Positions 36,501 to 48,300 of a stretch of 64,000 nt of DNA are shown in pieces. The DNA is from Antedon mediterranea. Taxonomy: Eukaryota > Animalia > Echinodermata. The translations under genes were made by a program, and so were the position numbers. Below the pieces are notes generated by a model. It searched no databases. It was not told where the DNA came from and saw nothing but the letters and a program-made list of their open reading frames with translations. The stretch lies in the NCBI RefSeq assembly GCF_964355755.1, contig NC_092678.1, positions 23,143,365-23,207,364 of the forward strand, in the 5' to 3' direction. Each line of letters starts with the position of its first letter. Within the stretch, counting starts at the first letter, position 1.

Positions 36501-39500
36501 CATTTCAATGAAGTATTATACTAGGATTTTTTATATAATCACACTTCTATCCATTTTCTCTATGGTGTGAAAACAGCTTTACCTTTGACCCAATTCATGG
36601 GATTGATGTGTTTCCAGAGTGAGCAGTCTCTAGCCAGGTAAGACCAGGTTGAACACACCTGTGCACACCTACATAGCTCCTTAGGGTTCAAGTAAGAGAA
36701 CACCTGAAGCATCACCTCATCAGGTACTGCAAGCAGCTTGCTCTGTTCAAACTCATCATCTAGTTTGTTAAAAAAAAATATAGATTGTGAAATCAAAACC
36801 TGTACTCAATTAGAATACATTACCATAACTTTACTGCAGTAAGTTAAGACTTCTTAATCTAAGTTGACACCAGACAAAAAAATAATGAAAAATTGGTGTA
36901 GAACAGAATCATTTACAAACTAACTCATTTTGGATTTCTTAAGCTTTTTTTCGAGTCGATGTATTCGTTGCGTTGAATTTTCAAATCGTTAATGTTTCGA
37001 AGTCTCAAAACAATGTTATTAAATTCAAATCAAAATACACGCAGATGGCAACAACAAACAAATCATTAAAAAAACAGGCTTCATTTGGTAGCGATTTCAT
37101 TTAATTTGTTTTTTTCGTCCACTGCTACCAACAGCCATTATGAACCGCCTGCTTTAAACAACCAAAAGGACTGAACTGAATACACGCTACGCCGTGCATA
37201 CACTTTTGTTCGTAAATAATTTACATAAAATGTGTTCAACCATCTAAGAAAGAATTCATGCAACAATGCACAATCACAAAAAAACCATTCTTCTGAACAT
37301 TCTCCCCCTCCTTGAGGTAACCACCTCAATGTCTATTACCATACATTATTTGTTTTGTTAATCAATTTCTTCTCATTTATCTATCTCTTCAGCAAAATTA
37401 ATACAATACTACTGTATAATTGAAAACAAATTAAAGTGGGAATCTAACTCTCTTATGATCTTCAAGAAAGCATCTCAAAGACTCTACTTTCTGAGAAAGC
37501 TCAAACAAATTAGAGTTGACAACACAATTTTAATTCTATTTTACCAAAGATAAGTATTATGTTAAGTATTTTATCTTTTAGCATTGGATGTTTTTATGGT
37601 AATTATACTGAAAAAGATAAGAAAAATATATGGCCTAGAGAGATAACTTAAAATTGCACAACGTATCAAAAGCAGATCTAACGCCATGTTCACTGATTTA
37701 CAAGAAGTGTATGTTAAGAAAAGTTGAAAATATTAATTATAAAACCTCCTACGCACCCGCTACATTACTGTTGCAATTTTAATAGATCTGGCATTAGACT
37801 AAGACCCCCAAAACCAATCTATTTAGAACTACTATCTTTAGATATAACAATCAAACTAACCAGTATCTAGCTCGTAATCTGCATATGCTTTTTCATAGGG
37901 GTCATACTTGGTCAGTTTAGAGTGAAGTTCCATCACATCCGTCTTAATCGCCATTAGTTCATCTACACTAAAATATTCAATCAACAACGGCTGAAAAACC
38001 TATAAAAATGTAACATTGTATTTAGTTTTTTTATCTTCATAAGTATTGAAATTGGGAGGTGTTCTAAAGCACTGTCTACACTATCAAACTAGTTTGACAA
38101 GTGTGATGTACTCAAATATGATAGTGATATTCCAAAATATGGTAGTGATATGAAATCATCATGTTCATTATTATATGCATGATCATTTATCACATAAAGT
38201 TTGAGAGCGTAGACAGAGTTTAACAGGGTTGTCCCCTGAATATGGTTAGGCTGTAGTTTTAAAATATATATTTCTCCTGATTCTTTTCACAGGAAAGTGT
38301 TCCCTTAATAGGGGTGTCCCAAAGGATGTAGCACTTGCTATACGAGTAGACAAAAATGCTGCAATTGTCACCTCTTCCTCCTCTTTCATGTGTGGCAGGA
38401 AGTCTTGAGTGAACTCCTGCAATGCTTGTTGGACCTCCTTACCCATCTGTTCCATCTCTAGTCGACTCAAGCACATGTCTAGCTTCTGGCAGAGTTCTTC
38501 CAACATCTCCTTCATCTCTGACAGGTGATTGTCACAGTGGACCTGCTTTACAGCGTTCACCTAGTTTGATCAAATAAAATATTTTGATAAGGAAAAAAAC
38601 TTTTTAAATATTTGTTTAAATATAATGAAGTGAATAAAATTTTCTTTATGAATCAATGATTTTGACTAAACAATAAAAATGTGCAAGCAAAAATTTGCAG
38701 AGTCACCAACGACTCAGCAAATTTACATAACAAAGAGCATACGAACTGTCGGCAAGTGCTACACAAAGGGAAATATTACTGGATTCCAATCTCTGGTAAT
38801 ATGTCTCTGCTTTAATCAAACAATTATTATATACTTAATATTTTACCTCGACATGTAAGAAGTTGAGCCTGTTCTGCAGCTTCTTCATTATACATTTGTT
38901 CTCAATGTGTTCGTGATTCTTGAACTCTGAGAATGTCGATACCAAACCCTGCAGCAGTGCCTTTAAATCAGCGTAACTACTAAAGTCCGTTGAACTTAGC
39001 TGTATAAAAAAATCATGAGGTTTTATTTTTATTTTTTTAAATGTGCAAGGGGTTTTTAATTTCCATATCATTACCGTAATCAATATCATAATAATATTGC
39101 AATTTATTTAATTAATAATAATTAACAATAATATAAAATAAATTCGAAAATGCATGTGCATAAATTGTAAATTGATGGACTTATTAATATTATTATCATC
39201 TGTCTCCTCCTCCCTCTACGACGAACACCCTACTAATATTCTTGATAGGCCTGTCATTGGCTAGCTAGGCTTGTCGCACAGCAGGTAAAGCACTGTTTTT
39301 AGGGCCGATCAGAGACAGAGAGACTATTTTATGTTTATGAGTATGAATGATGAAGGCCCTACTAGCTAGTAGCCTAGTTTAGGCCTAAGCCCTAAGGTAC
39401 TTTTTCCATTCAAATTACCTTTTCGCTGTATAAATGGACAAGATATTTCATTCTAGAATGTGGTCCAGTAAACACATCTACTTCTCCCATACGAGTATTT

Positions 39501-39517
39501 TGTAAAAACGTTGTCAT
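33542..39517 (-). CDS. FBXL5: F-box/LRR-repeat protein 5 (hemerythrin-domain iron/oxygen sensor), complete 9-exon CDS
   Basis: Exons 39419-39517 ([13 protein letters not shown]), 38847-38999 ([10 protein letters not shown]), 38372-38560 ([15 protein letters not shown]), 37861-37999 ([10 protein letters not shown]), 36583-36759 (F-box [25 protein letters not shown]), 36054-36319, 35562-35644, 34626-35111 (LRRs [14 protein letters not shown]), 33542-33770 ([32 protein letters not shown]). All are phase-consistent; the di-iron His/Glu ligands and the four C-terminal [2Fe-2S] cysteines are present. Confidence 0.97.
33823..34025. repeat. Purine-rich minisatellite, 19-20 bp unit (GATGGAGAAGGGAGGCTTA)
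   Basis: About 10 tandem copies in the last FBXL5 intron. Confidence 0.9.
34375..34532. mobile_element. MITE family A copy
   Basis: Family TIRs and internal repeats. Confidence 0.85.
35385..35520 (-). mobile_element. LINE ORF2 extreme C-terminal fragment
   Basis: Minus strand translates [22 protein letters not shown], resembling the 'RFKNSFIPxxxxLYN' end of CR1/L2/Rex-group ORF2. Confidence 0.55.
37419..37810 (+). mobile_element. Decayed LINE fragment (Rex/Babar-L2-type, post-RT region)
   Basis: [73 protein letters not shown] matches the '[13 protein letters not shown]' and 'HPLH..SGRR' signatures; interrupted by a stop and frameshifts. Confidence 0.8.
38068..38220. mobile_element. MITE family A copy (TAA TSD)
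   Basis: TAA|AGCACTGTCTACACTATCAAACT...AGACAGAGTT|TAA. Confidence 0.82.
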
Positions 39518-39866
39518 TGCTGTAATTATTTCGAAAACAAATTAGCGGTAAATGGAGACAAAATTCCTACAGCAGCCATTTATATGATGTTGTGATTGTG
39601 ATCGTCTGCTACTCTAGAGGGCGACATTCCTTTCGACGGAATTTAATTTGCTGTAAAAAAATGGTACAGTCCATCTCCTAGCAACTTGACGCAATGGACT
39701 TTGGTAAACAAAACAAAAAAGATAACATAACTCCACCAAAACGCGTGCTTCCGGGTTGTATGTTCAACACACACAACAGGTAGGTCTGGTGAAAGTTACA
39801 TTCATAAAACAGTAGTAGCAAGTACAGTTTTTAAAACCAAAGAACAGTTTATTTAAATTTAAGAAA
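39518..39866. promoter_or_regulatory. Bidirectional promoter FBXL5 / SPMIP1
   Basis: 349 bp between divergent ATGs; CTCF-like CTCTAGAGGGCGAC ~39612-39625, RFX X-box-like ATCTCCTAGCAAC 39673-39685, ETS-like CTTCCGG 39748-39754. Confidence 0.65.
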
Positions 39867-40409
39867 ATGGTTAGAGAATTATTCGATGTTCAACGCCAGA
39901 ATTTCTGGACTGAATCTATTCATAAAGAAGCATACACCAGGCTAGCATGGCACGAAAAATACAGCAAAGAGTTTGCTCGCGAGTCTAGAGAAGGTCAGGG
40001 TGTAGCCCGTAAACGTAGGCCTAACATGGTACCAAAGGTCCATGCAATTCCAGAACTAAACACCAAAACTAAGGTAGACAAAGAAAAGGCCAAGAAGAAG
40101 GAAAAGCCTGATTTAGCAGCTTTAGGAGGAGACAATCCAGATGCATTATTGGTAGAGATGAGACCAGTGTCACGGGATGTTAAGGACCAACTATACAAAG
40201 GATTCAGTAAAGAAGGAACAGGACGATACGCATACTTACAGATCAGGAAGATAAAGAAACCAGAAGATAAATATGAATTTCCTCTTACGAGTGCTTGGGA
40301 GTACGGCTGGAAACTAGACGACGTCGTCAAGGAATTTCGTGCACCACAGTGGGGCCGATCACGCATTGTCAAGGACTCTTTCTACAGACGCAATGGTATA
40401 TTTTCATAA
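39867..40409 (+). CDS. SPMIP1: Sperm microtubule inner protein 1 (ATP6V1FNB-like), single exon, 180 aa
   Basis: QNFWTESIHKEA..W, EMRPV....QLYKGFSKEGTGRYAYL..R....PEDKYEFPLTSAWEYGW, and C-terminal SFYRRNGIF match recalled SPMIP1/ATP6V1FNB motifs; AATAAA at 40509 and 40558. Confidence 0.85.
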   Translation: MVRELFDVQRQNFWTESIHKEAYTRLAWHEKYSKEFARESREGQGVARKRRPNMVPKVHAIPELNTKTKVDKEKAKKKEKPDLAALGGDNPDALLVEMRPVSRDVKDQLYKGFSKEGTGRYAYLQIRKIKKPEDKYEFPLTSAWEYGWKLDDVVKEFRAPQWGRSRIVKDSFYRRNGIFS

Positions 40410-41574
40410 TGTTACTGTAATACTGTGGACCTGTTTTTGTGGAAATGGAGCAATGTGAACAATATATCATTTTTTGCAAGATGTTTTATATTAATTGATA
40501 TGCAACCAAATAAAAGCAATCTATTGTACTGTATATTTGATTACAGAATATAAAGACAATAAAACAATATGGCGAATAACTTTACTATTTTATTTCATTT
40601 CATTTCTTTAAGAATAAGAGTGTTGTGCATTTTATATTATTGTATTAAGTTTTCTCAGTCGTTATCTTAATTTTAGTGATTAAATATTAATTATTATGTA
40701 TATCGTATTAATGCTGTTTTTAACCAAAGACCACCCTATAGTGTTTCATATTGTATAACCATCACGTTACCTTGTATGCTATATATAATGTTACCAAATA
40801 TTATTTTTCCATGTCTTAATTTTCAATTTCTGTCGTAAGATGTGACTAATTAAATAACCGTTAATAAATCTTTGTATACCATAAAACTTGTTTTTGAGGG
40901 TGTTTATTTAATAACATTATTAGTTTATACATTCAAGATACCAGAGAGAAATGTGCTGACGAGAATTACTCAAATATCAGTGATGGACTTGGAATACAAA
41001 ATACAGTCTACATTTAACCGAGACACATCTGAGAACCAATGAAACAGTTTGTAAAATAAAAATAACTTGTATTAAGAAATTAAATGCATTATTATGTGTT
41101 TGCAAGTACAGAAAAACAAATTACGAGATATGATTTATTAAATCTTGCGAAAAATAATAAAAAAAGATCCTGATGTAGGCATCGCTTTTTGGCTCACTGG
41201 AATCCAGTGACTGTCACCAAATGTACGGGTCTGTGTTTGTGGGAGGGGTTGTTGTCGTGTTACTGCTCTTGCAAAAAATTTTTGCCTACCACCTGCCTAT
41301 ATTCAGTAATAAACAATGGGTGATGTCAGACACCTTTCCAGCATGGTATAGCCTAGCCACCTAGGCCTACCATAAGCACAAGCAAAGTGCTTAACCTGAT
41401 TCGATCTCCCTGGTCAAAGAGAGCGAAACACCAACTGATACAAACCACTAAAGCATATATAAATATTAGCGAGAGAGAAACTAAAAACCGGCCAGAGATA
41501 ATGTTAACATAAATAGTGATGTGACATTAAAATCTTTCAAAACCCAGTTTTCTTTTCCGTTTTTAAACAAGTTT

Positions 41575-41760
41575 TAATTATTGCCACTTCTCGTCTATTT
41601 TAAATTATGTACAGCGCATTGAGAGCTTGCTTATGCGCTATATAAGAAATTTTTCATTAACTTAAATTATTGTCACTTCTCGTCTATTTTAATGTACAGT
41701 ATGTACAGCGCATTGAGAGCTTGCTTATGCGCTATATAAGAATAAACTATTATTATTAAA
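41575..41760 (+). mobile_element. Tandemly duplicated retroposon 3' tail (L2/CR1-type stem-loop + (TAT)n)
   Basis: CACTTCTCGTCTATTTTAA..TGTACAGCGCATTGAGAGCTTGCTTATGCGCTATATAAGAA occurs twice; the second copy ends in AATAAACTATTATTATTA. Confidence 0.6.
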
Positions 41761-41944
41761 ACACACCCTCTATCACTTCAATTCACATCAACACTATACA
41801 TTCTATTTGAATATATTCTTTACAGCTAAACTTTTTAGCACATTATTTTTAGAAAGCATCTTTTATATTTTATAAATTAATTAATTTACACAAATTTAAT
41901 ATGAAAATAAGTTCTATACTTTCTAAATTCTATATTCTATATTC

Positions 41945-42230
41945 AGTATTATAAATATTAATGTTAACATGGAATATATAATAATATTCACTGGAATGTT
42001 TTGATAACCTTCAGTGCAGTACTATAAATATTAATGTTAACATGGAATATATAATAATATTCACTGGAATGTTTTGATAACCTTCAGTGCAGTACTATAA
42101 ATATTAATGTTAACATGGAATATATAATAATATTCACTGGAATGTTTTGATAAACTTCAGTGCAGTATTATAAATATTAATGTTAACATTGGAATATATT
42201 AATATATTGTTTACTGGAATGTTTTGATAT
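41945..42230. repeat. Minisatellite, 73-bp unit x4
   Basis: ATAAATATTAATGTTAACATGGAATATATAATAATATTCACTGGAATGTTTTGATAACCTTCAGTGCAGTACT is repeated. Confidence 0.93.
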
Positions 42231-42389
42231 TTTTAAATATAAATTTTAGGAATATCAAGGTATAATATAAGAACTATTGTGAGACTAGAACCTAACCACC
42301 ACCAGTCTAGGCAAGGTGCTTTACTATTATTACCAAAATATTATTAAATTATTTAAAAAATATTATATTATAACCTAATATTTTATGAT

Positions 42390-45300
42390 TTATTTGTCAT
42401 CTAGCATTCTGGCCAACTCGTCCATATTTGGCGCAGCCATTACACTTTTTTTCTTTTTCCTTCGCTCAGCCTGTCTCTCCTTGATAAGTTTTTGTCGCTC
42501 CTTCTCTCCGAGACGTTGATGACTTGCTTCGCTAGTCCGTTCATCTGAAGGATTTGAATCCGTCTGATCATCTCCCTAAAGTTGAAATAAAGAGTAATTA
42601 CTGTTCCACAATTCCAATAATTCCACAATATTTAAATCACCCCAAAGTATGTAAGTCATTTTTAGACAGGGGTACTTCGGAGAGGAGATATGCACCACTT
42701 GGAGATAAGGCCTGTGTATCATATATGATGAGTGCAACTACTAATTCTCCTATGGAAGGAATTGGTGCACTGTATCTCATCTGCTACGCCCCTACAATCC
42801 TCTAGGTCATGGGACAACTAGAACTAGAACTTCTGGTTTGTTGCTATTGTGCATTTTTCTCCGAGCAAATGGTTGCATCATTCAGATATGGTAGGCGTGT
42901 TAAGGGAAAGATCAAGAGCATAGGAAAACTGTAATTGCACCAATTTCGGAGGATTCCATGGGTAAGTAACTTATACTGAATGGTAGGTAACTGTGCAGAA
43001 AACTCATCACCAACACCAAAATAACAAAATAGGGAACTTGTAAACTTTAATAATAATAATATAGAACATTTATGGGGAAGAGAAATGGTAACAGTGTAAA
43101 GGGGGTAAGGTAAATATGGGAGAATAAGCCATTTGAAACAAGGAAGGAATTGTGAAAAGGGGTGTAAGTAAATCAAACAGAATAGTCCTTTAAATAAGGC
43201 AAATTAAGCCAATATTAATTCAGTTTGTGATGACGAAAAAAGAACGATTAAGGTAGTTGTAAATATGTGAAATAAATCCACTTGAATAATTATACAGTAT
43301 GTGGTTAAAAGGTAGATGTAACAGAGGGTGTAAGTTAATAAGACAAACCAATCGATTTTTAATTTCAAATATGGTACAATGAATTAGAATGGTCAGAAAC
43401 AGAAGGCAAATTAAGCCATTTATATAATCAATGTAGTTTAATGACTGATATGCCATGTGTAAGTTATTCTGAAATAAGATCAAGTGATAAGAAGTTCCAA
43501 TAACCTTGTTGATTTGTTTAAGTTTTAAGAAGAAAAACAACAAACGGTTTTATTTATCATTTAAGTAACCCTAAACCTTTGATTGTTAATGTTGGTAGCA
43601 TTTTCCCGATTTGAATAATTGAAGGTTGATGAAAATGAGTGGTTATGTTAATAATAATCAAATTAGATAAAAAAAAAAACCTAAAAAAAAAGCTTTTAAT
43701 AATAATATCTTTATAAAAAAAACAATTGTGCAATAACGGAAACAAAGGGATTATTATTTCATACAGATAAATATTAAGTTCTTGCAAACAGAAACAGAAA
43801 TATATTAATCATTGGCCAATAGTAATAAAGGTCAAAGGTCAAGTAGGTTATTATATACAACACAGCATGTCTCAAACTTGGGTTACTTGTTTACCTGCAG
43901 TAAGAATTGCTTTAACTAGTATCTTCGATATCCTTCAGCTTAGAGTAAAGCAAAAGCAATTTTAATTTATTACGAACATTTGATTAAATTTATGAACAAA
44001 ATAGGTTAAGAAGGACCTGTACACTTTCCATGTAAAATGTATATTAACATGGTCCTCAGCATACTAAGGAATGTTGGATTCATGTCTGTCTGAGGGGCAT
44101 CTTGTCCTCTAGATGAGATGCCACAACATGGCCCATACACAAAAACACAACAAACTTTACACAAATTTAGAAAACTCAACAAATACAAAATTAATTACAC
44201 AGCCTATGTAAATACTAGAGCATGATTGGTTGAAAGGCATCACATGAGCACAAAATTAGTAACTTACAGCTTTTCCTCCAGCCTTGATTGATTTTGATTC
44301 TGACTTGAACTTTGACTCCATTTCCTTCGCTAGTCGGTCCATGTCGGCTTCGTTCATTTGCTGAAATTTCTTTGCACTTCCAACTTTTATTTTCATTGTT
44401 TGTGTTCGTTCGTAGCGAACCTTTTGAATTCTATCTTGTACAATAGTCTTCTGTCTGTTCAGTTCATCCTATATGGTGTAAAAATAATTTTCATTATCAT
44501 TATTACTTTAATGTTTTTATCACATATTTAAAATCGCCAAGTAAAGATTTGTCTAATTTTGTATTTTATAATATAGTATTATATGAGTACAGAGTCTGTT
44601 AGTTCATGTATGAAAGATATGGTCTGTTCGATACGAAGGTCAAAAGGATCCTTTAATAAAGGTCATACTATCGCTTACAGTCTTTAGCTACATCTCTCTG
44701 CACCCATATAATATAATATGGATTTACAGCGTTTGGGAAGTTTATATATATATAATTTATCTTGATAATATTACCTTTTTGGCATTCTCCACAAACGTCT
44801 TTTGTCTCTCGCCCATTGATAACAGCTGACTGGCTTGATTGTCAAGTTTGTTCTTACGATCAGCTAATCTTTGACGAATCTGTGAAAGCAAAATGTTCAG
44901 AAAGTTAACACGCTAATAATGTCCATGTTTAGTATGATTTTTAACATGTTTGGGAGGAAGCAGAATTTTGAAATCATAGGGAGAATTAGTTTTCAAAATG
45001 TGCCTATCTTCTAATTATCAAATCTACAAACTAGAAATTGATTTTCAGACACAGCTGCTGCACACAGTAGGATATCCAGTTGCGTTGGTGTTAAGATTAG
45101 CTGTCTGCAAATAGGGTACTAACAGTAGCTTACCCAAGGCCACGTGTATATCAGAATACTGACGGTTCAAGATCAATTTCGTTAATTTTTACTAACTTGT
45201 TTTGTTTGTTTTTCTTTTTCCCTGATCATCTTCTCCTGCTGTTGTCGGTGATCTTCTTTAAGAGACTCAATTATCTCTTGTTGTCTCTTCTCCGATACTT

Positions 45301-48300
45301 CACTAACAGGCTGTAATAAGGAAGTTTAAAAAACACATAAGTAATAATAATAATAATAATTATAAATACTTTATTTTAACACGGAAAAGCTTGTGTCACC
45401 ATAAAGGTGTTCTTCTACAAGGCCGTGATAATCACGTTTTAATAATACTTCTTTTAATTCAGCACATGCTCAGTTACTTCATAACAGTAACAATAATGTG
45501 TGTTCACTTCTTGAACAGCCTGCATAACCTGTTTTAATTGAAATTGTTTATGGCATGCCAATCTATGTTTTATATATATGTATATATATTTTATCTGTAT
45601 TTTATTGTTAACCGTTTTTGATGTTGTATTGTTTTATGTTTCAAACCTGTTAGTGGCGGTATTTATTGCTGTTGGTTTTGATTGAATAAAAAAAAAAAAA
45701 ATAAATAAAAAAAAAAAAAATAATAATTAGTTTAAAGTTATGATTAAAAAAAACATTAATAAACCAATGGTACTCCCTTAAAAGCTTATAAAGTGCTTTG
45801 ATTTGAACTAGGTCAAAAATGTATTGGATCACTGTAGTATTAAGCCTTGTCTATCAAACTTTATGTGACAACAAATTATGTGTCCATATATGGACATGAT
45901 GATGTCTTATCACCACCATGGGTACATCACACTTTTTGGTCTAACAAGTTTGATAGTGTAGACAGACCTTAAGATTGCAATACACTGAATCTTCAGGCAG
46001 TTCAATTTTGTTAGACATTTCTTCTTAATTTCCGCACCAAATTAATTTAATAGCCACATATTTATACCACATTTTGCAATAGTACTAGCCTTAGAATCAT
46101 TGACATGGCAATAAAGCATAATACAAGATAATAATTTATTTGCGGTTTGCAAAAACTGAACCAATACTGTGAAAGCAAACAATTGTATTCCACAGAAATG
46201 AAAAAACATTTGTTGATTGTTTTTTGCATAAGAATCTTTGTTTGATATCCATCTGGTTGTCATACAGTATTACAGAACCACTAGCAATTATGTCTTATTG
46301 ATGCAACATTTCAAACAGTCAACAACAACAATAAACAATCAAAAATAAACAACTGCTAGACAATTTAAAATAAAAACAAATGACAAAATTACAAACATCA
46401 ACAAAAAACTTCAAATCATAAAAAAAACAGAAAGCTAATAAAAAATAAAATAAAAATCAACTGTAAACATGAACACACATCACTAAATAAAATTAAATTG
46501 AATAAAAAAACATTAAAAATTGTTGAAAATTTCGTTTTTTTTAACATAATAAAAGTGTAAATATTCCACCTTTTGTGAGCATGCAAAATCTTTTTTTTAA
46601 TTTTATTTTTGTTTAACAAAACACAAAATGATAAACTCCAGCAAGCAAATTAAAATAAATAGCCACCATCTTGACAAATGACAAATATTGAAATTTAAAC
46701 ATCATTTTTACCTCTACAAATTCTACTTTCTTCTACAATGGAAAAGGAAATAAAACAAGTATACTTTTAACATTTCTTTAATTTTTGTTCTTCAATTATT
46801 ATAATAAAGATAGTTAATCCTTTGTATAAGTATTCTGGACACATCACAGGTGGCCATGCTCTAGGGGTTAATATTACAGGTGGCCATATTACAAGAGCTA
46901 GGCCATATTACTAGGACAAGTTGGTGACACCTGGTTGTATTCACTCTTAAGCATTGAAGATAAAATCATAGGGGAAATAAAGATGATTTTCATTATTCAC
47001 TAAAATGTAATAACAGACTGTTCCATTCTATGGAAGGGGGTTACAATAATGGCATTAATCATTTTATTCGGATGAGTATTCAAGATAAAAGAGCATAAAA
47101 AAACCTACCATACGCCTTCCAGATCCAGCTGACGATATTGGGGAAGCGTTGGCAGTTTGTAGTTGTAATTTCTTCTGTTCCATTGCCTTCTGCTCTTCTG
47201 CCTGTTTTCTGGCGTTCTTTCGAGCAGCTAGTCTTTCTTTCATCTAAAAGTAATGAAAATAAATTATTAGACAATAAAACCCTTTTACTACTGTTTCTTT
47301 CACAAGTTTTAGGATTACTCTTAGAAAATTTCCACAATGAACACCTTAGTAAAATTAGATGGAAACTGTCCAGGGGTGTGTAATACTATATCCAGGGGTG
47401 TGTAATACTATATCCAGGGGTGTGTAATACTATATCCAGGGATGTGTAATACTATATCCAGGGGTGTGTAATACTATATCCAGGGGTGTGTAATACTATA
47501 TCCAGGGGTGTGTAATACTATATCCAGGGGTGTGTAATACTATGTCCAGGGGTGTAATACTATATCCAGGGGTGTGTAATACTATGTCCAGGGGTGTGTA
47601 ATACTATGTCCAGGGGTGTCTACTACTGTATGTCTAACTCACTAGATTGCTTTGTTTGTCTTTTTCCTCCGAATGTTGTTTTTCTCGGTTTGCTTTCTCT
47701 TCCTCAGCTCCTTGGATCAAGGCAAGGGCAGCACCAGCTTCATAATCTTTCTCGTCCTTCTTGCGTCGACGCGCTTCTAGACGTTGCTTCTGTAATTCTT
47801 TCTGCCTCATTAATTGTTCTTGCATTGCCTATACAATATAAATTGTTAACAATTATTTTACATTCCATTAGACAAGCCATAGCTATTTTACTAATACTAT
47901 GGATTACTGTAACACATACTGTGTAAAGCTCTGTCTACACTATCAAAAAGCTATTTGATAGCATAGACAAGGCTTAAGAATAAATGCCTAAGCTAAGGCC
48001 AAATATTGAAGCTCTAAATTGTGCTAATACACAGCAATTATGTGTTACCTTTTTCTTAGCATCATGTTGCCTTTCAAGCTCAGCAATTACTTCTTTTGGA
48101 TTCACATTTTTACCTTCTTTCTTCTTATCTGTTACAAAAATAATATATATTTCAGCTTTTTAAAGCTCTATATACACTATCAAACTGTATGTGACAAAAA
48201 AATGTGATGTGCCCATATATGGTCATGATGATGTCATATCACTACCATATTTAGGAATATCACTACCATATTTAGGAATATCACTACCATATTTAGGCAC

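Noticed and set aside
39995-40372. 125-aa minus-strand ORF
   Set aside because: Antisense shadow of SPMIP1.
42844-43787. Three consecutive minus-strand ORFs in the last intron of the giant gene
   Set aside because: Hydrophobic AT-driven composition with no splice or phase support. Possibly a very old LINE relic (LHPLL..RSFF), but too degraded to call.
47368-47617. CRISPR-like regular array
   Set aside because: Contiguous 22-bp units with no unique spacers, inside a eukaryotic intron: a minisatellite. The same applies to the arrays at 7203, 30900, 32175 and 41945.
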